NCBI GenBank assembly: GCA_053919585.1
Contig: CM132798.1
Source of the DNA: Euprymna scolopes
Lineage: Eukaryota
DNA: 64,000 nucleotides
Direction: 5' to 3' (one strand)
Both the position numbers and the translations under genes were made by a program. The notes under the pieces are model-generated. The model did not search any database and was not told where the DNA came from. It saw only the letters and a list, made by a program, of their open reading frames with translations. This document shows positions 25,807 through 39,870 of the stretch, piece after piece (position 1 is the stretch's first letter; every line of letters starts with the position of its first letter).

Positions 25807-27207
25807 CAGATTATATTAAAATTAGAACAACTTTCCGATTTATCAAAATAAAACAAACTTTTATGTCTCAACTTCAAAAATTCAGAACTGAATATTTTCC
25901 TTTAGCAATTTGTGTACCTCCATATCTTGGCGCTTGTCGTTTATTTTTCTTTAATTTAAAAGTACTCAGTGCATTACACTCACTGCATTCTTTTAATGAT
26001 TGCGTTATCCAAATTGATACGTTAAGAAAAATTGGCAGAGATATCAGTTTAGATAGACGAAAAATCATCAAACATACGTCAATTTTTACTAGCATAATAC
26101 TGTATTTTTTTAATTTTATTTTGATATATTTTCTTCGTCGTATTAATTCTTTTCATAAAATGATGCATCCGATAATATGTCACTTGGTCCGAATTAATAC
26201 GTTATTCATATTTCATATGTTTTAGGGCAAAATCATATCATTTTTCCGTTATTAATAAACATTTAATTACATATATAATACACAGTTCATATGTAAAATA
26301 TATTTAACTGCCATTATGTTTTTAATATAGCCAGCATTAGTGCTTTTGCTTAAGAATAACCTGCTTGTAAACTCATACAAAATATGCAGATTTAAGTTTT
26401 CTGTATCACATGAGATTCTAATTAGAGAATAGTTTATATTTGACCTGCTGTTGACATCAAAGTTTAGAAATAAAACGTTAGCGAATATTTAACTTCCTAA
26501 AATACTAAGAAAATACTACCATCGTAAACTACCTTATTTCCCAAATGAATTCACGGCAGCGTTGTATGCAATCTTAATAGAGGGACACTAAATATATATT
26601 TTGAAAAAGAATATCCTTATCTTAATGAGTTACCATGATAATGAGATGGCTTCAAAGATACAACGCCTAAAGTAGGGAAAGAGCAAAACTAATAAATGCT
26701 CTAAAAATATAAAGTGCCTTCAAACAACAAGAGCAATCCAGAAGCTTGGATTCAACAAATCCAAAAGAAAAAGATGGCGCAATTATATGGTCGATTAAAT
26801 AGTTGTTAGGAAAAAGATATGTGGTGTTACCTTATTAACACATGAGTCGCCCATCTCATCTGTTATTCGTACGTATATGAAACAAAACTTGAATAAATTA
26901 TGAAAAACGAATTCTACCTCTTTAGTTTAGATCGAGATTCGTGTTAATACAATTGCCAGTACTTGCTGATATTACGATTAATACCTATAAGAAGCCTTTG
27001 ATTACAATTAAGACCTCTTAAAGTATTATAATCATTTATCAAAGAGAAGGAGCACATGATAAATACCTGGATGTTTTCGTTTCCATAGGCGATCCTAACT
27101 TATAAAAAGATATTTAAATAACATTTTTAAAAAATGTTGCGGGACTTCCTCTTGATGAGTTATGACTTACTTAATTTTCGTTTGAAATATATAATCTTAT
27201 CTTAACC

Positions 27208-27653
27208 TCTATTATTATATAAAAGGAGTTTTGTCTCTGTGTATGAAAATTCGCTCTTTGTTGACGCGGAAACGGTTGAGTCAATTTATTTTAAAATTTC
27301 ACGCAAAGGTGTTTTATGCGCGCAGGGGTGTCATTATTATAGATTTTGTATCAGGATCGTTAATCGAAAATTTCGAATGAAAGTGATCACTATCTGGGCT
27401 TGTTTTCGTAATCATGTTAACTCTTGTAATTAGTATCTGCCTTCGGTATTTTTCTAAATCTTTTTTCTGTGCCATTCAACGTGGTCCTCTGCACAAAGCA
27501 GTCCTATTTTACACTCTTTCCGTTTTACTAGGTGTTTTTCAGTATTATTGCTTGAGTGTAGTGCATTGAGTATGGTCAACCCCTCCCTTTTTTCTGGTTA
27601 AGATGCTAGATTGTTTCAGGTATTTTTATAAACGGTGTAGAGTATCTTACTAG
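27208..27653 (+). mobile_element. Non-autonomous Helitron-like element
   Basis: 5' TCtattattatataaaaggagttttgtctctgtgtatg; candidate 3' end ...gtatcttaCTAG-T with a decayed hairpin. Confidence 0.4.
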
Positions 27654-28663
27654 TTAAAATGTCTCTGCGTTTATACATGTAATTAAGTCACTAATATATG
27701 ATTGTCTAGAAATATCCTTGTTCTGAGCTATTCTTTTACATTTTTCTCTACACTTTTCATCTAAATAAAATATATACGATTCCCTTGTAATTTTAATGTT
27801 ATATGTACTAAAGCAATATTTATATTTTGTTTACTTTTAATAGGTAATTCAACAATGTATATGAATTCAATTGATCGTTTTGAGTAACCACTTTTCATAA
27901 ATAATATATAATTTGCTGAACTATAAATAGCAAACTTTGCTTTCCTATGAGCTTTATCGTCCAAATACGTCGCTAATTACTGGTACCTAGCCGAGCGACG
28001 CATACCCATGATGATGTTGCAACATACTACCGCTTATCTAAAGTGGCATAAAGAGTATAGCTAGCTCTACTTCGGTACTGATCACACTGGCGTTGCCTCG
28101 TTAAACTCCATTACTTAGTTAATGCCTGCNNNNNNNNNNNNNNNNNNNNNNNNNNNNNNNNNNNNNNNNNNNNNNNNNNNNNNNNNNNNNNNNNNNNNNN
28201 NNNNNNNNNNNNNNNNNNNNNNNNNNNNNNNNNNNNNNNNNNNNNNNNNNNNNNNNNNTACTGGGTTTATATAATTCAGTTATCGTCGATATAAAAATAA
28301 ATTTTAAGCAAAAAAGAGATGACTAAAACTGTAGGCTACAAACTTATCATATTTAATAATTCATGTATCGTGTTAACAAAAACCAAGACTTCCAAGACTA
28401 GGTTGATAGCAAGAAATAGAAACGAGTAAATACAGTCTCTGTTGCTATCAATCCATACTTNNNNNNNNNNNNNNNNNNNNNNNNNNNNNNNNNNNNNNNN
28501 NNNNNNNNNNNNNNNNNNNNNNNNNNNNNNNNNNNNNNNNNNNNNNNNNNNNNNNNNNNNNNNNNNNNNNNNNNNNNNNNNNNNNNNNNNNNNNNNNNNN
28601 NNNNNNNNNNNNNNNNNNNNNNNNNNNNNNNNNNNNNNNNNNNNNNNNNNNNNNNNNNNNNNN

Positions 28664-30250
28664 TGTGGAAATCTGCAACCTGTGCGTGAGATATATACAA
28701 CGCGTGTATCCCTGATTCTTTTCAGTCTGTTTATTATGTACGTGGGTTGGATTCTAATGCAGAGACATCTTTTATGTGCACATTTGATGTCTCTAGTCTC
28801 TTTGCCAACATACCGTTGGATGAGACTATACGTATATGTACTGACCCGCTTTACGATGGTCGCCTGACTACTCCACGTTTTTCTTAAGAGATTCTTATTT
28901 AACTTATAGTAATGTGCACAAAATCTGTGGAGTTTAGTTTTTGTGATATTAGGTACTGTCAAGTTGACGGGGTTCAATGGGGCGTCCGTTGGCCCCAACT
29001 TTAGCGGATATTTTCGTCGGGTACAATGAATCCGTTCTGTGTAAGTCTATAACAAAACCCACTGCATATTTCAGATATGTTGACGACACTTTTGCTGTTT
29101 TTTCCATATCAAAGTGAAGCGTCGATATTTTTTGATAGGTTGAATTCTTTGCATGGAGGTCTAAAGTTCACTATGGAAAGTGAGAAGGGCAATTCGCTTC
29201 CCTTCTTGGATGTTCTTGTCGAACGTTCAAGGGGGAGGGCTTTCTCACTAAAATTTATAGGAATCCGACGACATTTACTGGCCTATATATGAACTGGTTC
29301 TCCTTTGTATCAAAATCATGTAAGGTCGGTTTAATTAATAATTTGGTACATAGAACCGTGATGATTCGGTCACCTAACAGATTGGGCGCCGAACTCGATA
29401 AGAACAGAGAAATATGCATCAATAATGGTTATACTGTTGACCTTTTTGATGACTGTATTTTCAAAAAGGTTGCGGATTTTAAATACCCTAAAAAGTGTGG
29501 ACCTTTGAAATGCCCGGTTTATTTAAATCACCGTGAATTGGGGAAAAGAGTAAGAGACTTTCCGAACAGATTCGCAGAAGTATTTATGGCTGTTTTTATA
29601 CTGTGTCCTTGCGTTTGATATATACTACGAAACGTGCATGTCCTCCTTTTCGCAAGGATAGTTTGCCTTACATCCAAAATAGCAATATTGTATATCAATT
29701 CAAATGCCAGTGCGATGCTGGTTATGTTGGGCGAACATCCTTGCATCTTTTGACTCGTATAAACCAATATGTTCCCTCGAAGGTCAGACAAGGGAGGATA
29801 GGTTCTGGTAGTCTCCCTCCTTCTGCAGCCTTTGACACTTCTATTGGCCAGCATTTGGTTGACAACCCGTGCTATGCCGATGGATATAAAATAAAATTGT
29901 TCGAGATGCTCCGTAGAGCGGACTCCAGAAACCATTTAAAGATTTTGGAGTCTGCCTCTATTGCGGTGCGGAAACCTTCTTTTTGCCGGCAGAAAGAAAC
30001 ATCTAACGCATTGTTTCTCTTTGGGGAACTGTGAATCTTTTCTCTCGTTTTTCCCCCTCGTTGTGTAAATATTTAAATAGTTTTTTTAAACGTTAATAAT
30101 CTTTATTTTAGTGTCCCCGTAATTTTGGCACATTCAATAGTTCCCCATCAGAACTCTTTACTCTCGACATAGTATTATTATTTTACGCTATCGATTTTCT
30201 CCTGATAAGACGATAGCTGAAAGAGCTCTCAAGAGACTTTCGCACATTTT
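28664..30250 (+). mobile_element. Penelope-like retroelement (RT + GIY-YIG endonuclease), frameshifted; 5' end in N-gap
   Basis: FDVSSLFANIPLDETI, PLAPTLADIFV, YFRYVDDTF, LKFTMESEKGNSLPFLDVLV, and GIY-YIG NIVYQFKCQCDAGYVGRT...RINQ...SIGQHL...LKILES; ORF stop at 30034. Confidence 0.93.
30196..30236 (+). ncRNA. Degenerate minimal hammerhead in the PLE 3' region (family D)
   Basis: tttctc-CTGATaA-gac-gata-gct-GAAA-gagctc-TC-aagaga. Three G-to-A changes separate it from a perfect motif, helix III is palindromic (AGAGCTCT), and it lies about 165 bp after the PLE stop codon. Confidence 0.6.
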
Positions 30251-30253
30251 ATT

Positions 30254-30331
<78 letters not shown>

Positions 30332-31268
30332 CAAAACATCCAGCACTGATCGAGGAGAGACTAAACTTTGAGTCGAATTATCTGACATAACAGCAAGAGG
30401 AGACATGATTCAAAATATTTCCCTTATGGTACATCTTATGAATATCACCAGTGTGAAATAATCCTCATTTACTGTGGAATTAGAGAGGAGATAAATTTAT
30501 GAAAAATGTTTTTTTTTATCAATTTCGCTTTGCTCTTATTTCATATCATTTGAGATAAATCAGCAAAGTTTTGTCTCCGCTCTATCAAGGTTAGATGTTT
30601 TGGGTTAAATATCAGATATTGTGTAATTTATATACAAAACGAGGAAAGACAAATAAATTTGTTAAATTCTGATCAATAGTCGCTGAGATTATGAACTAGT
30701 AATATTTATAACTATCACTTGTTTTGCAATTTTTGCATTGCAGTCGAAGTTGGATCCGCTCGCCTTTCAAAGAAAAAATGTTTGCCGTGCTAGCTGCAAA
30801 ATCATGGTTGTTATCAGATGAAATCATATCTGTAGAAGAGGGTAGTTTGTTGAATAATAACGCTAGCCGAATTGTGTCGTAAAATTTGTTTTCAAATTAA
30901 AAAAGAGTTCGTCCACCATTAATGAAAATAAGGAAGCATTTGCGTTTAATATTCTTTGCTCTAAAAATATGTTTTGCCATGCTTTCCATTACTGAATCAG
31001 GTGTGTATATGTTTGCTGTTAATCATAACTTGTTCAATCCATTGTTTGACTACTGATAGGTGAAACATCTATAAGGAATTTGATGTTTTTTTGCGAGTGT
31101 AGGTTTCTTTTTTTTTTCTTCAGCTACTACGCGCTCTTTCTGCACGTTTTTCCAGAACGAGCAGATAATAAGTCCATCCACATTCGGCCCTCGCCACAGT
31201 TACAAGACAATTGTGATAGCTTGTCATCAATGCTACTATACTACTGAACCAATTTCGCGCAAACTCAT

Positions 31269-31566
31269 CATACAGCATAATCACGTTGACACACCGGTTC
31301 CCGTCAGATAACTGAAGTTAAGCAACGTTGAACCTGGTTATTACTAAAATGGGTGACCAATTTGGGAATTCCAGGTGATGTATGTAGGAGGACGTCGACA
31401 CCTCCCTGTAAACACTGCAAAAAACCTTGCGTGGCCATCTACCCTAACAAGGATATACATGCGACTGAGGACGGCTCGTGAATTTCATATTCCCATGAAA
31501 CTTCTTCGTTCGGAGGAAGCCGGTTAAACCCGAACAGGGTTGGTGCTGACTGCATTAAAAAACACA
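31269..31566 (+). mobile_element. 5S rRNA-derived SINE (SINE3-type) with candidate target-site duplication
   Basis: 31269-31385 is 5S-like (cacgttgacacaccggttcccgtcagataactgaagttaagcaacgttgaacctggttattactaaaatgggtgaccaatttgggaattccaggtgatgta), followed by a ~180-bp body and an A-rich tail. catcataca is repeated at 31266-31274 and 31567-31575. Confidence 0.85.
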
Positions 31567-32429
31567 CATCATACACACCCACTTAGTTCAGTACATTGTC
31601 CATCCATAACTCTCAGTATCTTGCTTTCTGCTTAGTTACGAATTCTAGCTTTCTCAGTTAGTATTTCAGATACGTCACGAGCATGTAAAGTAGATGAGAG
31701 CCCTCTATTTATACCTGTAGTGAGAAACTAATGTCTTTCATTGCAAATTCAAAATTAGGTGTACAAAATATTTATCTACGCTCCAACCAACTATGTCTTT
31801 TAACAGAATATCACTTTAAACTAACAGCCAAATGCTTGTACACTTGAGTCGAACTCTATGTACGTGCCTTCTCAAGTTATCCACGATTTTCCTTTAGCTG
31901 GGTCCTTATATATTGATCTCTCAATATGTTTTTGGGGTAGGAGGATTTACTTGTTAAACTCAGTGACCGTACAAAACCTGCGTTCTATGACGCCTAATAT
32001 TACGCAAATTTAGACCCACCATATTAATCTTCCTTATGAGTTTTCCACATCAGAGCTAAAAAGATACTGTATTCTGAAGAATTTGGAGATGACGTTAATC
32101 ACAATTCGCCGCCACTGTAATCCATAAATGTGGACATAAGTTTCTCACATATTAAATAATTAAAGATTTTACATATATAGTAACTGTTGGTGGTGCTTGG
32201 GATTCTAATGACAGCAAGTTTCCTGAGATTTCAAGTATCTAAACGTTTTTTTTATAAACTTGACAAATTCCGGTATCGCAATGCCGTTTACTATTGATTT
32301 CTCGCTGTTAAGAACATTGGTCTTCGCTGGAATTTGAAAAAATGTGACTGGTAACTATTTGTATTTCATATTTCTTACGGTTTATATTACAGACGTTCCT
32401 AGAGATTTTAGTTGCTATCAAAAATGATG

Positions 32430-32946
32430 TACGCTATATAACCTTGAACTATCTTTGTTTTTAATTTCACAAATTTTGCAAAGGTTTCCGGGACTGTAAC
32501 TACTACTCGAACAATTATTTCTATTATAATGTCTTAGTCCATGTTCTATATATCATTTTTGATTTTGTTAATTTGCACATATTCGCTTTGTTTTTCTGTT
32601 TCTTTAATGTATACCATGTTGTATGCATGGCGGCAAAATTTACAATTATTACAATTTTTTCACTTTTGTTAATTAACATAACGTCGGATCTTTTTAGGGG
32701 TGTAAGTTTATCTGGTTGAATTCGATGTCTCACAGAATTGTTTAATGTTGGTTCCCAGTTGTATCTTGTTTTTTTCTGATACTTTGTCTCTCCAGTTTCG
32801 AAGTGACATCATTTGCAGAGTCACTTATGTACTGGTTTTTCCCACGCAGTTGTGTCTGTTCTTGTATACCTTGAGGGCCAGTTTGCTGCATTTCATTTTA
32901 TGTAGTTCACCACGCGGTCTCTTTGCAGACATAGTCAACATTTTTT
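32430..32946 (-). mobile_element. Third R4/Dong-like RLE fragment (diverged)
   Basis: YKNRHNCVGK and IQPDKLTPLKRSDVMLINKSEKIVIIVNFA resemble the RHN and RPD-I-x(n)-IIDFA RLE motifs; (TAG)n lies beyond the gap. Confidence 0.6.
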
Positions 32947-33468
32947 NNNNNNNNNNNNNNNNNNNNNNNNNNNNNNNNNNNNNNNNNNNNNNNNNNNNNN
33001 NNNNNNNNNNNNNNNNNNNNNNNNNNNNNNNNNNNNNNNNNNNNNNNNNNNNNNNNNNNNNNNNNNNNNNNNNNNNNNNNNNNNNNNCGGAGTAGTAGTA
33101 ATAGTAGTAGTAGTTAAATCACTTAGCAATAATGATGTTTTACAGTTGATTTATAGATTGATAATGATGTGTACCACCACGCATAATTGATAAACTACAA
33201 GAAAAATAAGGATGCACTTTCGCTAAATTATTAAAAAAAGGTATTTAAGATTATTATATTATAAGCGTATGAATATAGTGTAAGTATATTAAAGTATACA
33301 CCTATGAAAAGCAGAAGGAATCAATTGTTTACTTCATTATAAATCGCTGCTACGTCAAATAAGTATGCTTGTAAATCGCAGTCTCACACCTACTCCATAT
33401 TCTGTACTATACTTATATATAAATCGAACATTGATTTACTCAAATTAAGTGTAATTTAAATAATACTG

Positions 33469-33514
<46 letters not shown>

Positions 33515-36487
33515 CAATGTTTCTTTACATAAGAAGTAATATGTTGCTACACAGTCATGCATATGTTCCGGTATTCTAGTAACTAGAAGGCAACAACGCT
33601 TATATTCCAAAGGAGAATTTCTTATCTTAACTTGCTCATCCCCGTTATTGATCACTCTTGTATTAACCTCGATATATTTCACTGGTTACCTTACTTTTNN
33701 NNNNNNNNNNNNNNNNNNNNNNNNNNNNNNNNNNNNNNNNNNNNNNNNNNNNNNNNNNNNNNNNNNNNNNNNNNNNNNNNNNNNNNNNNNNNNNNNNNNN
33801 NNNNNNNNNNNNNNNNNNNNNNNNNNNNNNNNNNNNNNNNNNNNNNNNNNNNNNNNNNNNNNNNNNNNNNNAACACACATTTACACACACGTATATGTAT
33901 ATGCATATATATATAATATACATGGATATATTTACTCGTATACCGTGTTGTATTCAACTCAAATAAACACGCACTTACACACACACAGATATACAGTTGT
34001 ATAATTGAGTTAGTATGTGTGTTTATTTATTTAGGTGAGTCTTCTTTGAAAGACACTAATTAGATGATGTAACTGCTGAAAGAATGCATGAAGTCATTGT
34101 TCCAGGTGCCAAACAAGTTAATGAACTAGGCTGAATTTTGTTATGTTACCAGATTTTTGAGACACTAATGATTGCAGACTAAATTTAATTAGATCTTTTT
34201 TCAGTATTTTCATTTCGTTTGGAATTTAGTCTCTCTGTTTGTATACCGAAAAATATCGTTATCTGTACAAATCTGCGCTCTGTCTCTCTATCTATAAAAT
34301 GATGCCATTAAAGAAGGTTCCTGGCAAGAAACATACAGAACGTTTCTCTAATCACATATTACGGAAGCTATAATGATTGTATTAATGCATTTAAAAAAAT
34401 ATTTTAAATAATTACGTGAGTCATTGTTTCGGTCCGGAATTCATCTAAATCAAAGGTTATTGTAATGAAAAATATTCTTGTATGTTTTCGGGTGTTTCGC
34501 TTGTGTAAATATTAGTCTTCCTGGAATTATGAGGAATGACTATTATCTCAATACACACACACACACCCACACACACACACGTATATATATATACTCGTCC
34601 ATTTTAACGTTCAAAACAATTGCTTCCTGTTGATGAACGCACTACTATATAACGGATTGAAGAGTTGCATACCTATCCTAAGTGACTTAGTGCAGAACAT
34701 ATTATAATCTATATTGCACTGTAGTGATATATTGTTGAAATAATAAAATTACTTTTAGCTTTTATGTAATGAGTAAAATTTAAATTAAAAGTTTGTGTTA
34801 TATTTTACGCTTATAGAAAACGTGCACTAATATTAACATGATTCAATCTTATGTGTAAATATAAATTAGTATAAATTTGATTACTTGAGTTATCCGCATG
34901 ATAATTGTCTACTTTTTAGAAATATTTCTGTAGGATAGATCGCCCTTGATGTTAAACATCTTATTAAAAGTACAAAATAACGTGTTGCCGTGATATGAGT
35001 GAAATACATATGAAACTTCAAAGTGTCGGAATTAAGGCACACTAATTAGTATCTTCTGTTTGTTATGCGTGATACACTTTCATGTAAGCCAGAACTTGCA
35101 GCGATGTCCCAAAAAGAAAGAACAACAACGAGATGTGAAATCATATAACGACTGAGCTTTACCAGTTTTTTTCTAGTAACTAACAACATTGACTGTGACT
35201 AAGTAATTAAGAACACACATGCACGCAAAGTATTAATACCTAACATAAGTAATTGCTTTCTTTAGAATGAAAAGGTTTCTTATTTGAGAGCAATTTAAGT
35301 TTTGCTCTCTCAGGAGCGTCTGTGAAGATCATCAAAGAAAGTTTACACATTGATACTTCTTGCGGTTAATTGTTGTTTTGCCTCTAAGGGAACATTTCGC
35401 GGTGAATAATAAAGAACACTGTTTGGTTAATAAAAGGCATTCCTGATCGATTGAATTTCCTCTGGACGTTTTAGTAAATTCCAAGATAATAGCCGCTTAG
35501 AAAAGTATTTACGATAATGAGACATCTATTATAGGTTTTGTTTGTATCAATTATTAACTTAATACTTGATTATCTAATAAAACATTTAGCTCATTTATCC
35601 ATGCCGATTAGAAGTTGATATATGCGTCTCGTCAGAATAGTGTATATTTCGACTATGTCTCTTAACGCTAGATTAGATTTATTCTCTTAAGCCAGTCCCA
35701 AAATCTCAGATAGAGTCATAGAATCAAGTTACATACATTGGATAGACATCATTTAAATGAAAATATAACTTTATTTAAAGAATATAGCCTCGGGGAGAAG
35801 TGTAAAGGCATGGCATCGTTTCTGTTTTCGTCATTCTTACAAATAATGCGTTAATATGAAAAATATTAAATTTTCCGATAAAGTTCGCTACAGCACATGG
35901 ATAGAAAGAAATTGGTAAGTAAATAACGCATAGCTTTTCTATGGTAAAATATATTTACATTGCCATCTTAGAAACTGCATATTGCTTGTTTCCATTCAGT
36001 ATTTTTTGTAAAATACCAGCATTGTTAAGAATGATAGAAACCGTGTAATTTATGTAAAGCTGTACATTCCATTTGGATTTCACTTTCAACATTTCTACAC
36101 TTAAATGTTGATGTATAATTTGTAATTAAATAATAAGTATATTTTATATTTGCAATAGATATGTATAATAACATTGATTTGTTTGACACTTCCTGCATTA
36201 TATTCACTATGGCATACGTTTCTGTTCATTTATTTATAACTCTGAACTAGTGAATATTTTAAATAATATATTACTAGTTTCAGTAAAGAAAATATGTATA
36301 ATTAATTAGAGCGTTGAATAAATCATATATCAAATAGATTAGACCAAAATTTAAATATCAATGATATTAAAAACAAACAATCTTAAAAGATAACATCATA
36401 TGATCGATGTATGATATGTATTAAATGCACTAAAAGCAATTTATAGTAGATCTTGGCTGTAGGATTTCAAATTAATTTTGTTCGCTC

Positions 36488-36624
36488 ATATTAATTATCG
36501 ATTGTATAGCACATTTATTTTGTCCAAGATTCTAAATATGGATCAACATGCAGATATTAATTATCGATTGTATAGCACATTTATTTTGTCCAAGATTCTA
36601 AATATGGATCAACATGCAGATATT
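36488..36624. repeat. Perfect 66-bp tandem duplication
   Basis: atattaattatcgattgtatagcacatttattttgtccaagattctaaatatggatcaacatgcag occurs twice. Confidence 0.95.
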
Positions 36625-38680
36625 ACATAGTATTGATAAACACCAATGTCTGTTCAAATGCATAATAACACTCTTAATATATTGCTAAAGTTTTCAAAAC
36701 TAATTCCTCTAAATACGGCGTCATATTTATCCTAAAATATCGCTGTGAGTTATTATTATGTAATTCCTTATTAACTTCCTACAGTTTATCATTAATTTAT
36801 AAATTAAAAATGAACTAATGTTTTTCTTGATTATACATTTCGTTCAAAATATGTTACTGCATTAGAAAATAATCGAATTAATTATAATTCTTACTTCACA
36901 TAATCTACTACATGAGTTTATAATAAACATATTTGTTCAATTTGTGTAAAGTTTTAAAGTAAAGAATAGCACATTATTCTATAAAACATTACACCGACAT
37001 CTAATGACATTTCCCCAGCTATTTGTATATATCATTCATAATATCGTAAAATAATTACAATGTTATCTACAAGTGTCAATATTGGAGGACATAATTGTAC
37101 ATGATTTTTTCCGAAACACTGTTACAGTAGTATTTGCTTTAATCAATTCCTTTAACGTTTTTGTTCTGAACACGGAATATTTTTTCTTTCAAAGGTACTG
37201 AAGTGTTTATCTATTTAATATTAACAGGCTGCTTATACTTTAGCCATCTGTCCTAAATGTTGACTAAAGTATTTTTTCATACAAATGAATGACTGAAACA
37301 GTATATGCTACCTATTATTTGCTAATAGTTTTTCCTAGCCACCGCCGTCAAATATTGCGGTACTTTTGTACAGGCTAAACACTTCTAAAGAGCAACACAT
37401 ATGATAAATTAGTGGCATCAAGACGACAACAACCAGAGTAGAAAAAATGAAAGTAAATTGTCAACGATCTTTGTTTTACGCTACGTAACAGTGGCTTATA
37501 TATAATTATTAACTAGATGTTACTAACTCCACTTATAATTGTATAGTAATGTATTAACACGCGTAGGAAATTTTCCCTTTAAAAATCAAAGAAAAAAACA
37601 ACACCTATTGAATCCAATAATATTTCTGTTCAAATATGTTTATAGTGTTTAAGAATGACAAACATTCGTATTATTAAATCTCTTGCATCACTTTTACCCA
37701 CTGTTTAATACTGATAATTATGTAAAATATGATCTCACTATTTGTACTTGTCAATCAAGAAAACAGCAATACAATAATTCATTATCGAATTAACGAAGCT
37801 ATGATGTTTTTATATTTTGTAAAAACGGCAGACTGCATGAATAAAATGTTAGCTAATAAAAAAAATATTCGCTATGATCAATGCTTGAGATCATTCTGTA
37901 TATCTTATAGATTTTATGAATGAAAATGTTTATTGTTGTGTATTTTATAGATACAAACAGTGGTTTTCTGCACAACCACTGTCTACTGTGGTCCATTCGC
38001 AAGCATGATTTTAGTTGTGTTGACATAAAAATTTAAATAAAAGGTTATACCAATATTCTCCATATTCTCTTCGTTTTGTATATAACCTCGTTTTTGTTTA
38101 TATCGTTTACCTTTTCGTTTTGTGTTAATTTGTTTGATTTTTGATGCAGTAATGTCACAAGAAATCTCTAAACAGTATGTCTGATTTAGTTGCTTTCATA
38201 TTTTATAGGAACAGTGAAAAAATGCAATTATGTTAATAATCTGTTGTATGCTTTCTTGGAGTATCTTTAATAGTAATCAACAATAACCCTTTACATAAAA
38301 TTTAATACGATTATTAGAATATGAATTATCATTGCATATTATAGTAAATTATGTTATACAGATTCCCCTTTTGCTTTGCTATAAGTAAAAATTTTAAATA
38401 GAAATAGGTATTGTAGCTCGGGAAAACATTGAAAGCGTTTAAAGTGTTTTGTTGAAAACATTGCTATGCTTTAGCAATTATTGTAGAGTGAAAGCGTTAA
38501 TTTAAATACGTATTATTTACAGCATGTAAACTTCTAAAGGTAAAACTGTTTAGAACAAGGAAAACTGATTTTCAGTTTCATATTTTTACAAAGTACTTTG
38601 ATATTTATTACATGTATGAAATGTAAATATCACATTCGCGGTATATAATGCTTACGAACGAACCCTCGGTTACCTCACAC

Positions 38681-38772
<92 letters not shown>

Positions 38773-38773
<1 letters not shown>

Positions 38774-39220
38774 TAGCATTACGCCTGGCATTGTCCGACC
38801 TTAAGATACTCTTAAATATGATATTTATTTATTATTATATATTCTTAGATCCAGTAGTGATTTCCAAAAGAGTTAAAAAAAATGATTCCTGTGCCACAAC
38901 CGAGAATCGAAACGAAAACGTTTAGCTTTTGATGTATTTATTCCTCTGCCATTTATGAATGAAATATAGAGACATGTTACCTGCAAGGCTAAAAATTAAA
39001 ATATAGCTACTACGTTATGCATGCATATTCGTAATATTGTTGTTCGACCTCCAACTGGCAAATTTCGTTTTTTTTTTAAATTTTTACACTTTTGAACATA
39101 TTTTTCCCAGCTAAAACCCAAATATAAAGTTCACAGGCGTTCAAATAGTTTATATATGATGTGGCATGTCTGTAGACCAAACACTGTAGGAGCAGTGTGG
39201 CAAGTAATTTTTTAAAACAG

Positions 39221-39282
<62 letters not shown>

Positions 39283-39812
39283 GCATTAATATATATGGAA
39301 AAAAGTTTTGTGTTTACTATAAATCTTTTACGCAAATATTAGCAAGTTAATATATATATATATACATGTATATACATATATTATATATATATATATATAT
39401 AGTGAGGGAGAGACAGACAGACAGACAGAGAAAGAAAGAAATATAGAGGGGGGAGTACAAAAGAACAAACCGAGTTAAGTGTTCATCAACGTTTCCTCTT
39501 GATTTCGATACTTCCTTTGGATATATGAAAGTGAGGAAACAAAAACTCGGTACAAATATTTGAACATTTTTGTGTGAAAAGTTTGTCACTGTTCCATATC
39601 AGCAACGGAAAAAGCTGTTGAAAATTGAAATATACCGCGCTGGAGTCTTCATGAATACACGCTTATCGAAAATTCAAACTCAAGTAAACAACATCGAACT
39701 GTTTGTATTTGAGCCCCAATATAATGTAAATCTCTATTAAAAAAAACAAACATATTTTAATCGTAGATACAGTTTAACACTTTCACACTATAGAAACGCC
39801 CCCCTCTAATAA

Positions 39813-39818
<6 letters not shown>
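38773..39818 (-). mobile_element. Non-autonomous Helitron with tRNA-like cassette and internal microsatellites
   Basis: CTAG at 38773 plus decayed hairpin cctggcattgtccg; minus-strand A-box-like TGGCAGAGGAA (38941-38951) and B-box-like GTTTCGATTC (38904-38913). 5' end approximate. Confidence 0.5.

Positions 39819-39870
<52 letters not shown>

Noticed and set aside
31600-32420. Highly decayed LINE RT on the minus strand
   Set aside because: Only faint echoes of PQGSVL and KYLG motifs; not supportable without a profile search.
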